Below are positions 19,613 to 29,459 of a DNA stretch of 31,147 nucleotides, piece after piece (positions within the stretch are counted from its first letter, which is position 1; each line of letters starts with the position of its first letter). The stretch comes from Lysobacterales bacterium (lineage in GTDB: Bacteria; Pseudomonadota; Gammaproteobacteria; Xanthomonadales; SZUA-5). A program made the translations under genes and the position numbers. The stretch is from contig JALHMH010000047.1 in NCBI GenBank assembly GCA_022844165.1, positions 1 to 31,147 of the forward strand, in the 5' to 3' direction. The notes beneath the pieces are model-generated. The model was not told the DNA's origin and made no database searches. It was given only the letters and a program-made list of their open reading frames with translations.

Positions 19613-20959
19613 TCAGGCCGCCTGCAAATCACTTCGAACAGCCGACCTTTCGCCGCGGGCTTTTTCAGCCAGCAAGAACACGACCCGAACGTAGGAAATC
19701 AGCAGGGCGATGTAGACGACCAGGTACAAGGCCAGACTCAACCCGATCATCGACGCGGGCACGGCAGAGGCTGCTTCGCTCGTGCGCAGCACGCCGTATA
19801 CGAGATACGGTTGTCGCCCTATCTCGGTCACATACCAGCCCGCGAGCGTCGCGAGCCACCCGGAGAAGCTCATGGCCACCAGCGCTCTGAGCAGCCAGTT
19901 CGGCAGTCCGCCCGCGCTTCTTCGCAACTGCCACCAGGCGCTCCAACTGACGAGCAGCATCAACAGGCCGACGCCCACCATCACGCGAAAGCCGTAGAAC
20001 AGCGGCGCTACTGGCGGATGCTCGCCTTCGAAGCTGTTCAGACCTTGAATCTCGCCGTCGATGGAGTGCTGCAAAATCAAACTTGCCAGATAGGGAATCT
20101 GGATTTCGGCATGGTTGGTTCGCGCCGTTTCATCGGGAATGGCGAACAGCCGCAGTCCTGCGCCACGCTCGTCCTCCCAAATGCCCTCCATCGCCGCAAC
20201 CTTGGCTGGCTGGTGCTCTAACGTGTTGAGTCCATGCAGATCGCCTGCGAGGATTTGCAATGGGATCAACAGCGCCGCCAGGCGTACGCCAAAAGCGAGT
20301 GACAGGCGTACATCTTCACCGCGATCGTCGCGCAGCCATCGCCATGCCGAGACGCCCGACACCAGGAATGCGACTGTCAGTCCCGACGCCAACAGCATGT
20401 GTGTCAGGCGATACGGAAACGACGGATTGAAGACCACGGCAAACCAATCGGTAGCGTGAGCCACGCCGTCGCGAATCTCGAACCCTGCCGGCGTATGCAT
20501 CCAGGAGTTCAAAGCGAGAATCCAAAATGCGGACAGCGTTGTACCGATCGCTACCAGGAAAGTCGCCAGGGTATGTACACGCGGCGACACGCGATCAGCT
20601 CCAAACAACATAATTCCGAGAAATGCCGCCTCCAGAAAGAACGCCGTGAGCACTTCGTAGGCCAGCATTGGGCCGGCAATATTACCGACGCGTTCCATGA
20701 AACCGGGCCAATTGGTGCCGAACTGAAAGCTCATCACGATGCCGCTGACAACGCCCATCGCGAAGCTCAAGGCAAATACCTTGACCCAGAGTTTGTAGGC
20801 CTGCATCCAGGCGTTGTGATTGGTGCGATGGAATCGCCATTTGAAGAACAGCAACACCCACGCAAGCGCGATGGTGATCGTCGGGAACAGTATGTGAAAC
20901 GAGATGTTCGCGGCGAATTGAATTCGTGCGAGGATCAAAGCGTCCATAGCGTCAGCCAT
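19613..20959 (-). CDS. cydA: Cytochrome bd ubiquinol oxidase subunit I (short Q-loop, CioA-type)
   Basis: LARIQFA..SFHILF, FQFGTNW, AFFLEA.F, NSWMHTP, QPAKVAAMEG and EIGRQP motifs; 448 aa. Confidence 0.95.
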   Translation of the reverse strand: MADAMDALILARIQFAANISFHILFPTITIALAWVLLFFKWRFHRTNHNAWMQAYKLWVKVFALSFAMGVVSGIVMSFQFGTNWPGFMERVGNIAGPMLAYEVLTAFFLEAAFLGIMLFGADRVSPRVHTLATFLVAIGTTLSAFWILALNSWMHTPAGFEIRDGVAHATDWFAVVFNPSFPYRLTHMLLASGLTVAFLVSGVSAWRWLRDDRGEDVRLSLAFGVRLAALLIPLQILAGDLHGLNTLEHQPAKVAAMEGIWEDERGAGLRLFAIPDETARTNHAEIQIPYLASLILQHSIDGEIQGLNSFEGEHPPVAPLFYGFRVMVGVGLLMLLVSWSAWWQLRRSAGGLPNWLLRALVAMSFSGWLATLAGWYVTEIGRQPYLVYGVLRTSEAASAVPASMIGLSLALYLVVYIALLISYVRVVFLLAEKARGERSAVRSDLQAA

Positions 20960-20992
20960 GCGTTCGTGGTGGGTGATCGTCGCGATGGGTCG

Positions 20993-21538
20993 CTACTTGC
21001 GCCCCACCACTTTGTCCTTCATTTCCAACAGTCGCACCACCGCGCCGCCCATCTTCAGCAGCTGCTGCAATGTGCCTGGGGACAGCTTGCGTACGTCCGC
21101 AAACCAGGTGGTGAGCAAGTCGATCAGATCGTGCATTTGCCGCATGCGAATTTGCGCATGCTGCTCTTCGGCGCTGATCGGCGTTGCCAGAATCGCATCG
21201 CGCAAAGTGGTCAACGTTGGCTCAACCTCGCGACGTAAGCGCTCGTCGGCCAGCGTCATGAAGATCTGCCACACATCTTCCGGCGCGCTGAAATACTCGC
21301 GACGATCGCCCGGCAGGTGCGACAGGCGCACGAGGCGCCACGATTCGAGCTCCTTTAAACCCATCGAAACATTCGAGCGCGACATGCCGAGTTTGAGAAC
21401 GAGATCGTCGGCGTTGAGTGGCCGATCGGCGACAAACAGCGCCGCATAGATCTGCCCGACGGTACGATTGATCCCCCAGCGCGAACCCATCTCGCCGAAG
21501 TGCAGCACGAAGGTCTGAATCAGCGGCGGCAGCTCCAT
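20993..21538 (-). CDS. GbsR/MarR-family transcriptional regulator
   Basis: FVLHFGEMGSRWGINRTVGQIYA, SRSNVSMGLKEL..W.LV and GDRREYF motifs; first gene of the cydAB operon. Confidence 0.92.
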   Translation of the reverse strand: MELPPLIQTFVLHFGEMGSRWGINRTVGQIYAALFVADRPLNADDLVLKLGMSRSNVSMGLKELESWRLVRLSHLPGDRREYFSAPEDVWQIFMTLADERLRREVEPTLTTLRDAILATPISAEEQHAQIRMRQMHDLIDLLTTWFADVRKLSPGTLQQLLKMGGAVVRLLEMKDKVVGRK

Positions 21539-21546
21539 GTTCTATA

Positions 21547-21577
21547 TTTCAGTAATTTCTGAAAATGCAGAATTACT
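21547..21577. promoter_or_regulatory. Palindromic operator upstream of the regulator-cydAB operon
   Basis: TTTCAG-taattt-CTGAAA (21547-21564), overlapped by a second inverted repeat AGTAATTTCTG/CAGAATTACT, in an AT-rich patch 8 bp upstream of the ATG. Confidence 0.65.
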
Positions 21578-21796
21578 CAAAACACATGAAAATAAAGTGA
21601 AGCGCAGAGGGCATTCAAGAAGGCGCACCTCCTGCGGAGCGGATCACAGAGTGCGAATGCTGTCAGCGACAGCGCGAGAGAATGGCATCCCTGTGCGAAA
21701 CCTCTGTCAGGTCTGCGCTCGTCCGCGCTGAGCAGATGCGGCGCAAAGCGCTCAGAGATCCAGCCGGAGCTGACGCGACTGCAAAAGGTACCAAAC

Positions 21797-22558
21797 CTAT
21801 TGTCTCTTCGACCATCGGATCAGCACCCAGGCTGCCAGTCCGGCGAGTACCAGGGGGATCAACACACGTACCGATCCACCGAGGATCTTCGGTAACAACA
21901 ACAGTGCCAGACCCACGCCTGCAACACCACCGACGATGAGGAAAGCACGACCGAGTGCATCGGTCGCTTCCGGTGGTGGTGGCGCGACGATTTGATACGC
22001 CTGGCGCACCCGCTCCCGCCAGAGTCCGTCGCGATCGGCGCTCTGCACCGGTTTGGTTTCTGGCTGCCAATCGAACAGCCGCGCCAAACGCACGACTTGT
22101 GCAGCGCTCAGATCTCCGCCGTCGGCGAGCCAGTCCCGCAAGTGCCGATCTGCGCCCGCCCGAGTGTCGGCGTCCAACCAACCCTTCACGGGCCGCAGCA
22201 TGACCAGCAGCGCGTCGAAATCCGGTGCCTGGCGAACGAACCCGAGCAAGGTGGTTGCCAGCATATCGGGCGAAGGTAACGGCGCCGCGGATGGCAACCT
22301 CAACGGCGGACCATCGTTTGTCGGGCTCGCGTCTGCCGCAGGCTCGCGCCAAGGATTCGGATAGTCGGTGCCATGCGGCAAGAAGGACGGATCGCGCTCG
22401 GCGACGATTCGTCTGGCCTCCAGAAATGCCTCTTCGAGGCGCGCCGCCTCCGCCACGGTCATGGAGCCTGCCCGAGCTTTGAAAGCCTCGTAGGCGGCAT
22501 CGACTTCTGCAGGGCCAGCATCGGGTTGAAGGCCAATGGTTGAAAACGGGTAGGACAT
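21797..22558 (-). CDS. Hypothetical membrane protein with degenerate J-domain-like N-terminus
   Basis: PF..IGL.P.A....V..AY and L.EAF..A pattern without HPD; Pro-rich linker; two C-terminal TM helices. Confidence 0.65.
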   Translation of the reverse strand: MSYPFSTIGLQPDAGPAEVDAAYEAFKARAGSMTVAEAARLEEAFLEARRIVAERDPSFLPHGTDYPNPWREPAADASPTNDGPPLRLPSAAPLPSPDMLATTLLGFVRQAPDFDALLVMLRPVKGWLDADTRAGADRHLRDWLADGGDLSAAQVVRLARLFDWQPETKPVQSADRDGLWRERVRQAYQIVAPPPPEATDALGRAFLIVGGVAGVGLALLLLPKILGGSVRVLIPLVLAGLAAWVLIRWSKRQ

Positions 22559-22703
22559 GGTCTTTCGATACAACGGATAATGGCGCCAATGTGTACGGTT
22601 GCAGTGCAAACGTCAAGGCGGTCCGCAATGGCCGTGCACCGTTCGTCCATAAAAATGCAACGCTCCGAGGAGGATTCGGTTCAAACAACAGCCTCCGGCT
22701 GCG

Positions 22704-24047
22704 TCAAGAACGGCGCACATCGATACCGTATTTCTCCATGCGGCGGTACAGTGCCTGGCGCGACAAACCCAGAGCTGCGGCTGCCTCGGCGACAATGCCG
22801 CCGGCACGACGCAGTTCGGTCTCGATATCGTCCCGGGACGGTTCGCGCAACTGCGCCTCCGCGTTCATCGCAGGTGGCATGCCTGGCAGACCGAGGTCAT
22901 CGACGTCGATACGCGCGTTGCTCGCAAGCAGCATGGCGCGGACAACCGCGTTCTTGAGTTCGCGTACGTTCCCCGGCCAGGGATGCGCCAGTAACGCGCG
23001 GCGCGCACCTTCGCTATAGACAAAACCGCCGCCGGCAAAATGCACCGCGAGCGGCAAAATGTCGTCGCGCCGTTCGGCAAGCGGCGGCAATTTGATTTCG
23101 ATAACGTTAAGTCGGTAGTACAGATCCTCGCGAAACTCGCCGCGGCGGATCATCGCCGGCAGGTCGGCATTGGTCGCCGACAGCACGCGCACCTTGACTT
23201 CGCGCGTGCGATTGGACCCTAAGCGCTCGAAGCGCCCGGTTTCCAGAAAGCGTAGCAATTTCATTTGCCCGGCCAGCGGCAGATTGCCAATCTCGTCGAG
23301 GAACAGTGTGCCGCGATCCGCCATTTCGAAGCGGCCCTCGCGCACTTTTGTAGCACCGGTATATGCGCCCGCCTCGGCGCCAAAAAGCTCGGCTTCAAGC
23401 AGGTCTCCGGGCAGAGCGCCGCAGTTGACTGCAACAAATGGACCATCCTTGACACGCGAGTTCGCGTGCACAATTTCGGCGATACGTTCTTTTCCGGCCC
23501 CGTTCGGCCCGGTGATCAGGATCGCCACATCTGCCTTGGCGACCTGGCATGCCAGGCGCAACGCGCGTTCGGTATTCGCCGCTGCGTAGACGATGCCGCA
23601 CAGGTTGTACTCCTGCGCCAGTGTTTGAGCGCCCCGATCGCGCACCTGAAGCGAGGCAGCGCGCGCGTTGCTGTCGGCCAATTCCAACAGATTGCGCACG
23701 CTGGTGAGCAGACGCGCATCGTCCCAAGGTTTGCCCAGATAGTCGGCCGCGCCCGCCTTGACCAATTCGACCGCCTGATCGAGATGCGTCCAGGCTGTCA
23801 GGAGGATCACCGGCAGGTCTGGTTCTAGATCGCGAATGCGCTTGAACAGTGCGATTCCTTCATCGCCCGATGTGGTGTCGGCGCTGAAGTTCATATCCTG
23901 GATGACCAGCTGTATTCCCCCGCGCGACAACATCGCCAGACCTTCTTCGGGCGATGTTGCGGCGCAGGTCTTATAGCCCTCAAGGCCTAAGAGCAGGTCC
24001 AGCGCAGTGGCAATCGCCGGGTTATCGTCGATAATCAGGATGGACAT
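22704..24047 (-). CDS. Sigma-54-dependent response regulator (REC-AAA+-Fis HTH)
   Basis: ILIIDD, QDMNF, GPNGAGKE, ELFG..AGAYTGA, LFLDEIG, FREDLYYRLN, WPGNVREL and LGLSRQALYRR motifs. Confidence 0.95.
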   Translation of the reverse strand: MSILIIDDNPAIATALDLLLGLEGYKTCAATSPEEGLAMLSRGGIQLVIQDMNFSADTTSGDEGIALFKRIRDLEPDLPVILLTAWTHLDQAVELVKAGAADYLGKPWDDARLLTSVRNLLELADSNARAASLQVRDRGAQTLAQEYNLCGIVYAAANTERALRLACQVAKADVAILITGPNGAGKERIAEIVHANSRVKDGPFVAVNCGALPGDLLEAELFGAEAGAYTGATKVREGRFEMADRGTLFLDEIGNLPLAGQMKLLRFLETGRFERLGSNRTREVKVRVLSATNADLPAMIRRGEFREDLYYRLNVIEIKLPPLAERRDDILPLAVHFAGGGFVYSEGARRALLAHPWPGNVRELKNAVVRAMLLASNARIDVDDLGLPGMPPAMNAEAQLREPSRDDIETELRRAGGIVAEAAAALGLSRQALYRRMEKYGIDVRRS

Positions 24048-24171
24048 GGCTAAGCGTGACCGGCAAGTGTTCGCGGCCACTCTACCAAACCAACGCAGAT
24101 CGTACTTCGCGCCTTGATTCTCATCATCCTGCCGCCATATCGTCGGGCCTGCTCACCAGCTGCGAGGTTCC

Positions 24172-24780
24172 ATGAAACTGTACTTTTCCCCCGGCGCGTG
24201 TTCGTTGTCGCCGCACATCGTTGCCCATGAACTTGGCTTGCCACTCGAAATCGAGCGTGTCGATCTCGGCAAAAAACTCACCGCGAGCGGCGCTGATTTT
24301 TTGCAGATCAACCCCAAGGGTTATGTGCCGACGCTGGTGTTGGACGATGGCACAGTCATGTGCGAAGCCGCAGCGTTATCGCAATACCTGGGCGACCGCA
24401 AACCCGAAGCTGGCCTGATTCCGCCGCATGGCAGCGTCGAGCGCTACCGAATGATCGAGCGCCTGACCTTTATCTCAAGCGAAGTGCATAAAGGGATGGG
24501 CGCACTGTTCGGCAAATGGTCCGACGAAACGCGTGCGGCCATGGAAGCGAAACTTGCAACGCGTCTGGACTGGTTGAATGCGGATTTGATCAACGACGAT
24601 TACCTCGAAGGCAACCGCTTCAGCGTCGCCGATGCGTACCTGTTCACGGTATTGGGATGGGCGCGAATGGTGAACATCGATCTGACTCGCTGGCCTGCAC
24701 TCGTCGCCTATCGCGAGCGGATCGCTGCACGGCCTGCAGTCCACTCGGCGATGGTCGCAGAAGGATTGATCAAGGCCTGA
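24172..24780 (+). CDS. gstA: Glutathione S-transferase, beta class
   Basis: MKLYFSPGACSLSPHI, NPKGYVP, SEVHK and FSVADAYLF motifs. Confidence 0.92.
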   Translation: MKLYFSPGACSLSPHIVAHELGLPLEIERVDLGKKLTASGADFLQINPKGYVPTLVLDDGTVMCEAAALSQYLGDRKPEAGLIPPHGSVERYRMIERLTFISSEVHKGMGALFGKWSDETRAAMEAKLATRLDWLNADLINDDYLEGNRFSVADAYLFTVLGWARMVNIDLTRWPALVAYRERIAARPAVHSAMVAEGLIKA

Positions 24781-24894
24781 TCTGCGGCATTGGCGGTCAC
24801 CGTGACCGCCAATGTGCGTCAAACTGTCGTCTTGTCAGTCATGTTCGGTCCTCAATTCTCGCAAAACATGGTCAACAAGTCGGCGACTTCCCGA

Positions 24895-26094
24895 TTAACC
24901 ACGCTCTACCTCCATTCGCGCCAACGACATGATGTGCACTTCATCCGGACCGTCGGCGAGACGCAGCGAGCGCGCACCGGCGTAGGCGTGGGCGAGAAAA
25001 AAGTCGTCGGAGAGTCCCGCGCCGCCATGGATCTGCATGGCGCGATCGATCACGGCGCAAGCCATACGCGGTACGATGATCTTGATCTGCGCCACACGAT
25101 CGCGCGCACCGCGCGTTCCGTACTTATCGAGCGCCCAGGCCGTCGCCAACGTGAGCAATCTGGCCTGTTCGATTTCGCAACGCGACAGCGCGATGGCCTC
25201 TTGAGCCATGCCATGGCGTGCAATCGGCTGGCCAAAAACCACGCGCGACTTTGCGCGCGCAACCATGGCTTCCAACGCGCGCTCGGCCAACCCAATGAGC
25301 CGCATGCAGTGATGCACGCGCCCTGGCCCAAGGCGTCCCTGAGCGATTTCGAAACCCTTGCCTTCGCCGAAAATCAGGTGCCCCAGTGGCACTCGCACAT
25401 CGTCGAAATGCACCTCAGCGTGACCATGTGGTGCATCGTCGTAGCCGAACACGGTCAACGGGCGCACGATACGCACACCTGCCGCGTCGCGCGGAACGAT
25501 CACCATCGACTGACGCGTATATGCTTTGGCCTCCGGATCGGTCTCGCCCATGACGATAAAAAATGCGCAGCGTGGATCCATGGCTCCCGTTGTCCACCAC
25601 TTCTTACCGCTGATCCGGTACTGATCGCCCTCGCGCAAGATTCGACAACGAATGTTGCCGGCGTCCGACGATGCCACGTCCGGTTCGGTCATCGCGAACG
25701 CCGACCGAATGTCGCCCGCCAGCAAAGGCTCCAACCACTGGCGCTTCTGATACTCGTTGCCGTACAGGTGCAGCACTTCCATGTTCCCGGTATCGGGCGC
25801 GGAACAGTTGAACACTTCCGACGCGATCATCGATCGCCCCATTAACTCCGCCAGCCGCGCATAGTCGAGATTCGACAGGCCCGCACCATGGCGCGCGTCC
25901 GGCAGGAACAAATTCCATAAACCCGCCGCTTTGGCCTTCGCTTTCATTTCTTCCATCGCCGGCGGAATCGACCAGCGTCGGCCGGGCTGCGCAACATGCT
26001 CCCAGTAAGCTTGTTCCCCCGGTTCAACCACATCCTTCAAGAACGCAATCAAGCGCTCGCGGATATCGTTGGCGCGTGCAGAAAACTCGAACAT
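24895..26094 (-). CDS. Acyl-CoA dehydrogenase
   Basis: FNCSAPDTGNMEVL, AMTEPDVASSDA, GKKWW, AQGRLGPGRVHHCMR and RLADGPDEVH motifs. Confidence 0.95.
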   Translation of the reverse strand: MFEFSARANDIRERLIAFLKDVVEPGEQAYWEHVAQPGRRWSIPPAMEEMKAKAKAAGLWNLFLPDARHGAGLSNLDYARLAELMGRSMIASEVFNCSAPDTGNMEVLHLYGNEYQKRQWLEPLLAGDIRSAFAMTEPDVASSDAGNIRCRILREGDQYRISGKKWWTTGAMDPRCAFFIVMGETDPEAKAYTRQSMVIVPRDAAGVRIVRPLTVFGYDDAPHGHAEVHFDDVRVPLGHLIFGEGKGFEIAQGRLGPGRVHHCMRLIGLAERALEAMVARAKSRVVFGQPIARHGMAQEAIALSRCEIEQARLLTLATAWALDKYGTRGARDRVAQIKIIVPRMACAVIDRAMQIHGGAGLSDDFFLAHAYAGARSLRLADGPDEVHIMSLARMEVERG

Positions 26095-26222
26095 GATGCG
26101 GGTCTCGTCGCTGGCGATACCGCGAGGCTACCGCGTATTGAGCAGCTGCACATCGGGTCGACCGTGCGGCATCCGCCTACCCCTAACCCAACCCGGAGGT
26201 TGCGCATGGCCGCTGGAAGCCA

Positions 26223-28556
26223 TCACCCGCCGATCAGCGCCGCCACCTGGGCGCGTTCCTGCGTGAGCCAGGCTGGATTGTTCTTGCCTGAGGCGAGGCG
26301 TTGGTCGGCGTCGCTCAAATGCTGCGCAGCGGCGAGCCGGTCGTTTCTGGCCAGGGCGCACAGGGCGCGGGTCAGTTGCAGCGCGGTCAGGATGGTCGGG
26401 CTGGTGACTTCCGTGCTGGCGAACGCGGTTTCGGCACGTTGAAGGTGCTCGTTCGCCCTCGCCGCATCGCCCGCACGCGCGGCGACCGCGGCGAGCATGC
26501 GCTCGGCGTTGATCACGCCCACCGGTACGCCGTTATGCGCATAGCGTAAGGCGTGCGTCGCAAACTCATCCGCCAGTTCGAAATCACCGGCGAGATAGGC
26601 ACAGGTCGCCACGCGCCAGGCGGGATTGAAGGCTTGCGAGCTGCTCTCGGGCGTTCCGCCAACGGTGGTGTCGTAGGCAGCGCGCGCGTGGACAATGCAC
26701 TCGTCGAGACGCAGGCGTTGGAAGTACAAGGTCGCCAGATTGAACTGAAGCTGGGCCGTCACGATCTGCGCGTCGCCATCGCGCAACTTCACGGTTCCCA
26801 GCGATGCCAGGGCCTGCTGCAAAAGACGCTCGGCTTCCTCGGTCCGGCCGATGCGGTCGAGCGACGCTGCGAGATGGCCGATCGTTGTCAAGGTGCTGCG
26901 GTGAGTGGGCCCGAGTGTCTTGGCGCTGATCTCCGCCGCGCGCCGGAGCAGGTCGGCAGAGCGCTCGAATTGGTTGGACGCCTGAAGGTTGACGCCCAGC
27001 ATGCGGTAGCTTCGATACTCCTGCTCGTGAGACCCGCTGCGCTTCGCCAGCGTGAGCGCGCGTTCGAGTTCGAGATTCGCCTCTTCGAGCTTGCCGTTGA
27101 GCGATAACAACTGGCCCTTATCCGCGAGTATCCACGCGCGCAGCCGATCGGCCTCCGGAGTGGCGTTGTCGGCCAACGCGCGTTCGGCGCGGTCTAGCCA
27201 TGTCCAGGATGGCTCGCGCTCGTCCAAGGCCAGATGGCACTCCGAACGCATGATCGCCAGCTTTGCCTGCTGTACGCCGGACGCGGCTCGACCGTCTTGC
27301 TCGGCCGATGGCGAAGAAAGCAGCGACAAACAGCGCTTGGGCTCATCGATCATGGTGTACACATTGGCGATCGCCTCGCGCAATTCGCGACGCACATCGA
27401 TCGATTCGTCGAGCCCGGCATCCAGTCGCTCGGCCGCGCGATCCATCGCTTCCAGCACCGTGCCGCCGCCAGCCGAGGCGCCCCACGGATTGGCCTGCGC
27501 AAGTGTGTCTACCAGGAACTTTGCGATGGCTTGGGCACGTTGCTCATTGGCCAGAGCGCGATCGCGCTCGTTGCGCAATTGCACGGCTGAAGCGATCAAC
27601 CCGATGGATAGCGCCAGCGTTGCGACGGCGGCCACGACGATCGGTAAGCGATGGCGTTCGCCAAAGCGCGCCGCGCGAATGCGCAGCGAGGTGGCGTGCT
27701 GCGCCAGTGGGCGCCGCGCCAACAGCGCCGCCAGATCCTCGCGCAGTGCCGACACCGTGGCATGGCGACGGGCTGGTTCGGCAGCGAGGGCGCGATCGAT
27801 CAGCGCAGTGAGATCGAAGCGCGCGCTGCTCGGCATGGCCGGCGCCGTTCCGGCCTGCATGAGGCGTTTCAGCACCAGCCCCAATTGATAGATATCGGTC
27901 GAGGTCGTCAATGGCTCGCCCGCGATCTGCTCCGGTGCGGCATATCCGGGGGTCATCGCGCGATCGCCGCCATCGCCGGCGGACTGCTCGAAAGCGATAC
28001 CAAAATCGAGCAGCCGCGGATGGCCATCGCCATCGACCAGAATGTTTGCGGGCTTGATGTCGCGGTGAATCAGCGCGCGGCCGTGCGCGTACTCGACGGC
28101 GCCGCAGACCGCGTCGAACAACTCGATGCGGGCGCGCCAGTCCAGCTTTAGCTGTTCTGCGTAGGCGTCGATCGGCACGCCCTCAACCAGCGCCATCGCC
28201 AGCCACAAATCGCCTTCGGGCGTCTCGCCGGCGTCGATCAGGCTGACGATATGCGGATGGCGCAAGGCGGCGATCAAATCGCGCTCGTGGCGCAAGCGAT
28301 CGACCAGCCCGGTATTGCGGCGCACCACCTTCAACGCCACGAACTGCTCGAATGCGTCGTCTGTGCGCTTGGCGAGATACACATTCGCCATGCCGCCGGA
28401 GCCCAGGAGTTCCAACACTGTCCATGGACCGACTTCCGCACCGCTGGACAGCTTGGGGCCTGCCCCAGCTTCGTCGACCAAATGGCCGAACAGGCGCCCT
28501 CGCAGCGCAGCGCCCGTGCGGAAGCGGTCGATCAGTTCGGTCTGCGCCTGATCCAT
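26223..28556 (-). CDS. Membrane-anchored Hanks-type Ser/Thr protein kinase with C-terminal TPR region
   Basis: LGSGGMA.VY, VALK, HRDIKPAN, DFG and TPGYAAPEQ motifs; a TM helix, then TPR-like helices (LGPTHRSTL). Confidence 0.93.
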   Translation of the reverse strand: MDQAQTELIDRFRTGAALRGRLFGHLVDEAGAGPKLSSGAEVGPWTVLELLGSGGMANVYLAKRTDDAFEQFVALKVVRRNTGLVDRLRHERDLIAALRHPHIVSLIDAGETPEGDLWLAMALVEGVPIDAYAEQLKLDWRARIELFDAVCGAVEYAHGRALIHRDIKPANILVDGDGHPRLLDFGIAFEQSAGDGGDRAMTPGYAAPEQIAGEPLTTSTDIYQLGLVLKRLMQAGTAPAMPSSARFDLTALIDRALAAEPARRHATVSALREDLAALLARRPLAQHATSLRIRAARFGERHRLPIVVAAVATLALSIGLIASAVQLRNERDRALANEQRAQAIAKFLVDTLAQANPWGASAGGGTVLEAMDRAAERLDAGLDESIDVRRELREAIANVYTMIDEPKRCLSLLSSPSAEQDGRAASGVQQAKLAIMRSECHLALDEREPSWTWLDRAERALADNATPEADRLRAWILADKGQLLSLNGKLEEANLELERALTLAKRSGSHEQEYRSYRMLGVNLQASNQFERSADLLRRAAEISAKTLGPTHRSTLTTIGHLAASLDRIGRTEEAERLLQQALASLGTVKLRDGDAQIVTAQLQFNLATLYFQRLRLDECIVHARAAYDTTVGGTPESSSQAFNPAWRVATCAYLAGDFELADEFATHALRYAHNGVPVGVINAERMLAAVAARAGDAARANEHLQRAETAFASTEVTSPTILTALQLTRALCALARNDRLAAAQHLSDADQRLASGKNNPAWLTQERAQVAALIGG

Positions 28557-28559
28557 GCC

Positions 28560-29117
28560 CTAGCTCATCTGCTTGGCCAGCCACTGCCGCGCTTCGTTCC
28601 ACTCGCGTTGCGCGGTGCGCAGGCTCAAACCGAGTGTATCGGCGGTTTCCTGTTCGCTCAGCCCCGCGAAATAGCGGCACTCGAACACGCGCGCAGCGCT
28701 GGGATTGACCTCGGCGAGGCGATTCAGCAACTCGTCGAGTTCGATCAGGCTGGTGGCCTCGGCGCTGAGTTCGGCATCGACCTTGGACAAAGTGTCGTGC
28801 GGCGCACCGCCGCCGCGTTTTTCGGCGATACGTTCGCGCGCGTAGTCGCACAACACCTGACGCATCGCGCGGCTGGCCAGGTTGAAAAAATGGTGCTTGG
28901 ACTCGACGCTGATCGCTGCCGGCTCGACGATTTTGAGATAACACTCGTGCACCAGCGCCGTGGTGTTCATCGTTCGCCCAGCAGCGCCGCCGCTATTGGC
29001 ATGCGCAAGACGACGCAAGTCGTCGTACACCAGAGAAATCAGCCGCGCCGAGGCCTGCGAATCGCCGCGCTTGAAGGCTTCCAATAGCGTCAGAAACTCG
29101 TGCGTCGCAGCCGACAT
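28560..29117 (-). CDS. ECF sigma factor, TIGR02999/ECF43-like (kinase-associated)
   Basis: VYDDLRRLA, T.NTTALVHE.YL, HFF.LASRAMRQVL.DYAR...AEKRGG and RYFAGLS..ETA..L.LS.RT..REW..AR.WL motifs; 3 bp upstream of the kinase. Confidence 0.92.
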   Translation of the reverse strand: MSAATHEFLTLLEAFKRGDSQASARLISLVYDDLRRLAHANSGGAAGRTMNTTALVHECYLKIVEPAAISVESKHHFFNLASRAMRQVLCDYARERIAEKRGGGAPHDTLSKVDAELSAEATSLIELDELLNRLAEVNPSAARVFECRYFAGLSEQETADTLGLSLRTAQREWNEARQWLAKQMS

Positions 29118-29459
29118 CCATTGCTCCCAAAGTCGCCCTCGAAGAATAGCGGCTCTGGGAACGCTGAGTTGCATCGGGCCTTTGGCTCTTCGTGTTTGCC
29201 AACGACCAAATGCCAGTGAGCTTGCCGAGCTATCCAGCGTCCCGAACGTCGACGGCACCCTGGCAACGCGGAGTTGCACCCGGTGTTTTGGGGTCTTTGG
29301 TGCGTGTCCGGCTTCTCAGAATTCTTTTTCCTTGCAATGGGCCGCGCAACCATCGCAACCCGTTCAAAAAAGTTGGCGGGATCGGCCCAGGCGCTCCGTA
29401 TCCAACTGTGAGGCCCAAAGAACGAACGGGCCATGTGCTTTATTACTCGAGGCCCGCCA

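Noticed and set aside
29118-29279. N-terminal extension of the ECF ORF (similar extensions at sucC 18309-18404, phosphatase 7825-7929, TBDR 5012-5044)
   Set aside because: Family homology, signal peptides or RBS positions support the downstream starts.
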